Positions 46,986-47,141 of a stretch of DNA of 47,141 bases are shown piece by piece. Source of the stretch: Candidatus Calditenuaceae archaeon HR02 (GTDB lineage: Archaea > Thermoproteota > Nitrososphaeria_A > Caldarchaeales > Calditenuaceae); NCBI GenBank assembly GCA_002898395.1, contig BEHE01000015.1, positions 1 to 47,141 of the forward strand. Direction: 5' to 3'. The position numbers and the translations under genes were made by a program. The notes beneath the pieces were generated by a model. That model saw only the letters and a program-made list of their open reading frames with translations, ran no database searches and was not told the DNA's origin. Within the stretch, counting starts at the first letter, position 1. Each line of letters begins with the position of its first letter.

Positions 46986-47141
46986 ATGCTCCACGTAGGG
47001 TTTGATGAAGGAGCCTTGAACGAGCTGGTGTATGTAGGCGGGGGGTTCGGCTCGAAGATTCACTGCTACGGTGCTGAGGCGGTGGTACTTTACCTGGCTA
47101 TGAAGTTGGGCGTTCCTGTAAAGTGGATTGAGACGAGGGAG
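46986..47141 (+). pseudogene. Internal fragment of a xanthine dehydrogenase/CoxL-family molybdoprotein large subunit (runs off window)
   Basis: [36 protein letters not shown]; an in-frame TAG at 46962 means the N-terminal part is missing. Confidence 0.72.

Noticed and set aside
46590-47063. 157-aa minus-strand ORF
   Set aside because: Spans several unrelated plus-strand fragments antisense and has no motif.
1-47141. CRISPR array, rRNA, integrase, or selenocysteine/pyrrolysine read-through
   Set aside because: No regularly spaced repeats, rRNA-like segments or tyrosine recombinase motifs were seen. The hydrogenase ligands are all Cys codons in uninterrupted ORFs.

Overview
This is an archaeal chromosomal window, most likely Aigarchaeota/Caldarchaeales-like. 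That placement is inferred from a eukaryote-type ubiquitin-like protein, CdvB, short XPF, LysM and ArgX/LysX. It carries csl4-rpoL-tfs, tmk, a complete group 3b [NiFe]-hydrogenase operon with an embedded cNMP-binding gene, hypA plus an ATPase-type hypB, a frameshifted glmS, thrC, proS, cdvB, secG, a TlpA-VKOR pair, xpf, hsp20, trxB, nfi, two ABC transporters, rpiA, the LysW-dependent Lys/Arg cluster, and ABCE1. There are three tRNAs: His and Arg with BHB introns, and Ala. Several genes are missing from the ORF track: rpoL (CTG start), secG, a 49-aa histone-H1-like basic protein, the glmS N-terminus and a CoxL-like fragment. The most unusual signal is at the tRNA 3' flanks. The tRNA-Ala and tRNA-Arg flanks share a conserved ~35-nt motif, with a looser copy at tRNA-His. 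At His and Arg this motif abuts the 3' end of a convergent LAGLIDADG-like reading frame, which suggests a family of tRNA-targeting homing-endonuclease elements. The right end is a patchwork of mobile-element relics, including an IS110-like fragment, and shares dispersed repeats with the region next to tRNA-Arg. All family assignments are from motif recognition by eye; no database searches were run.
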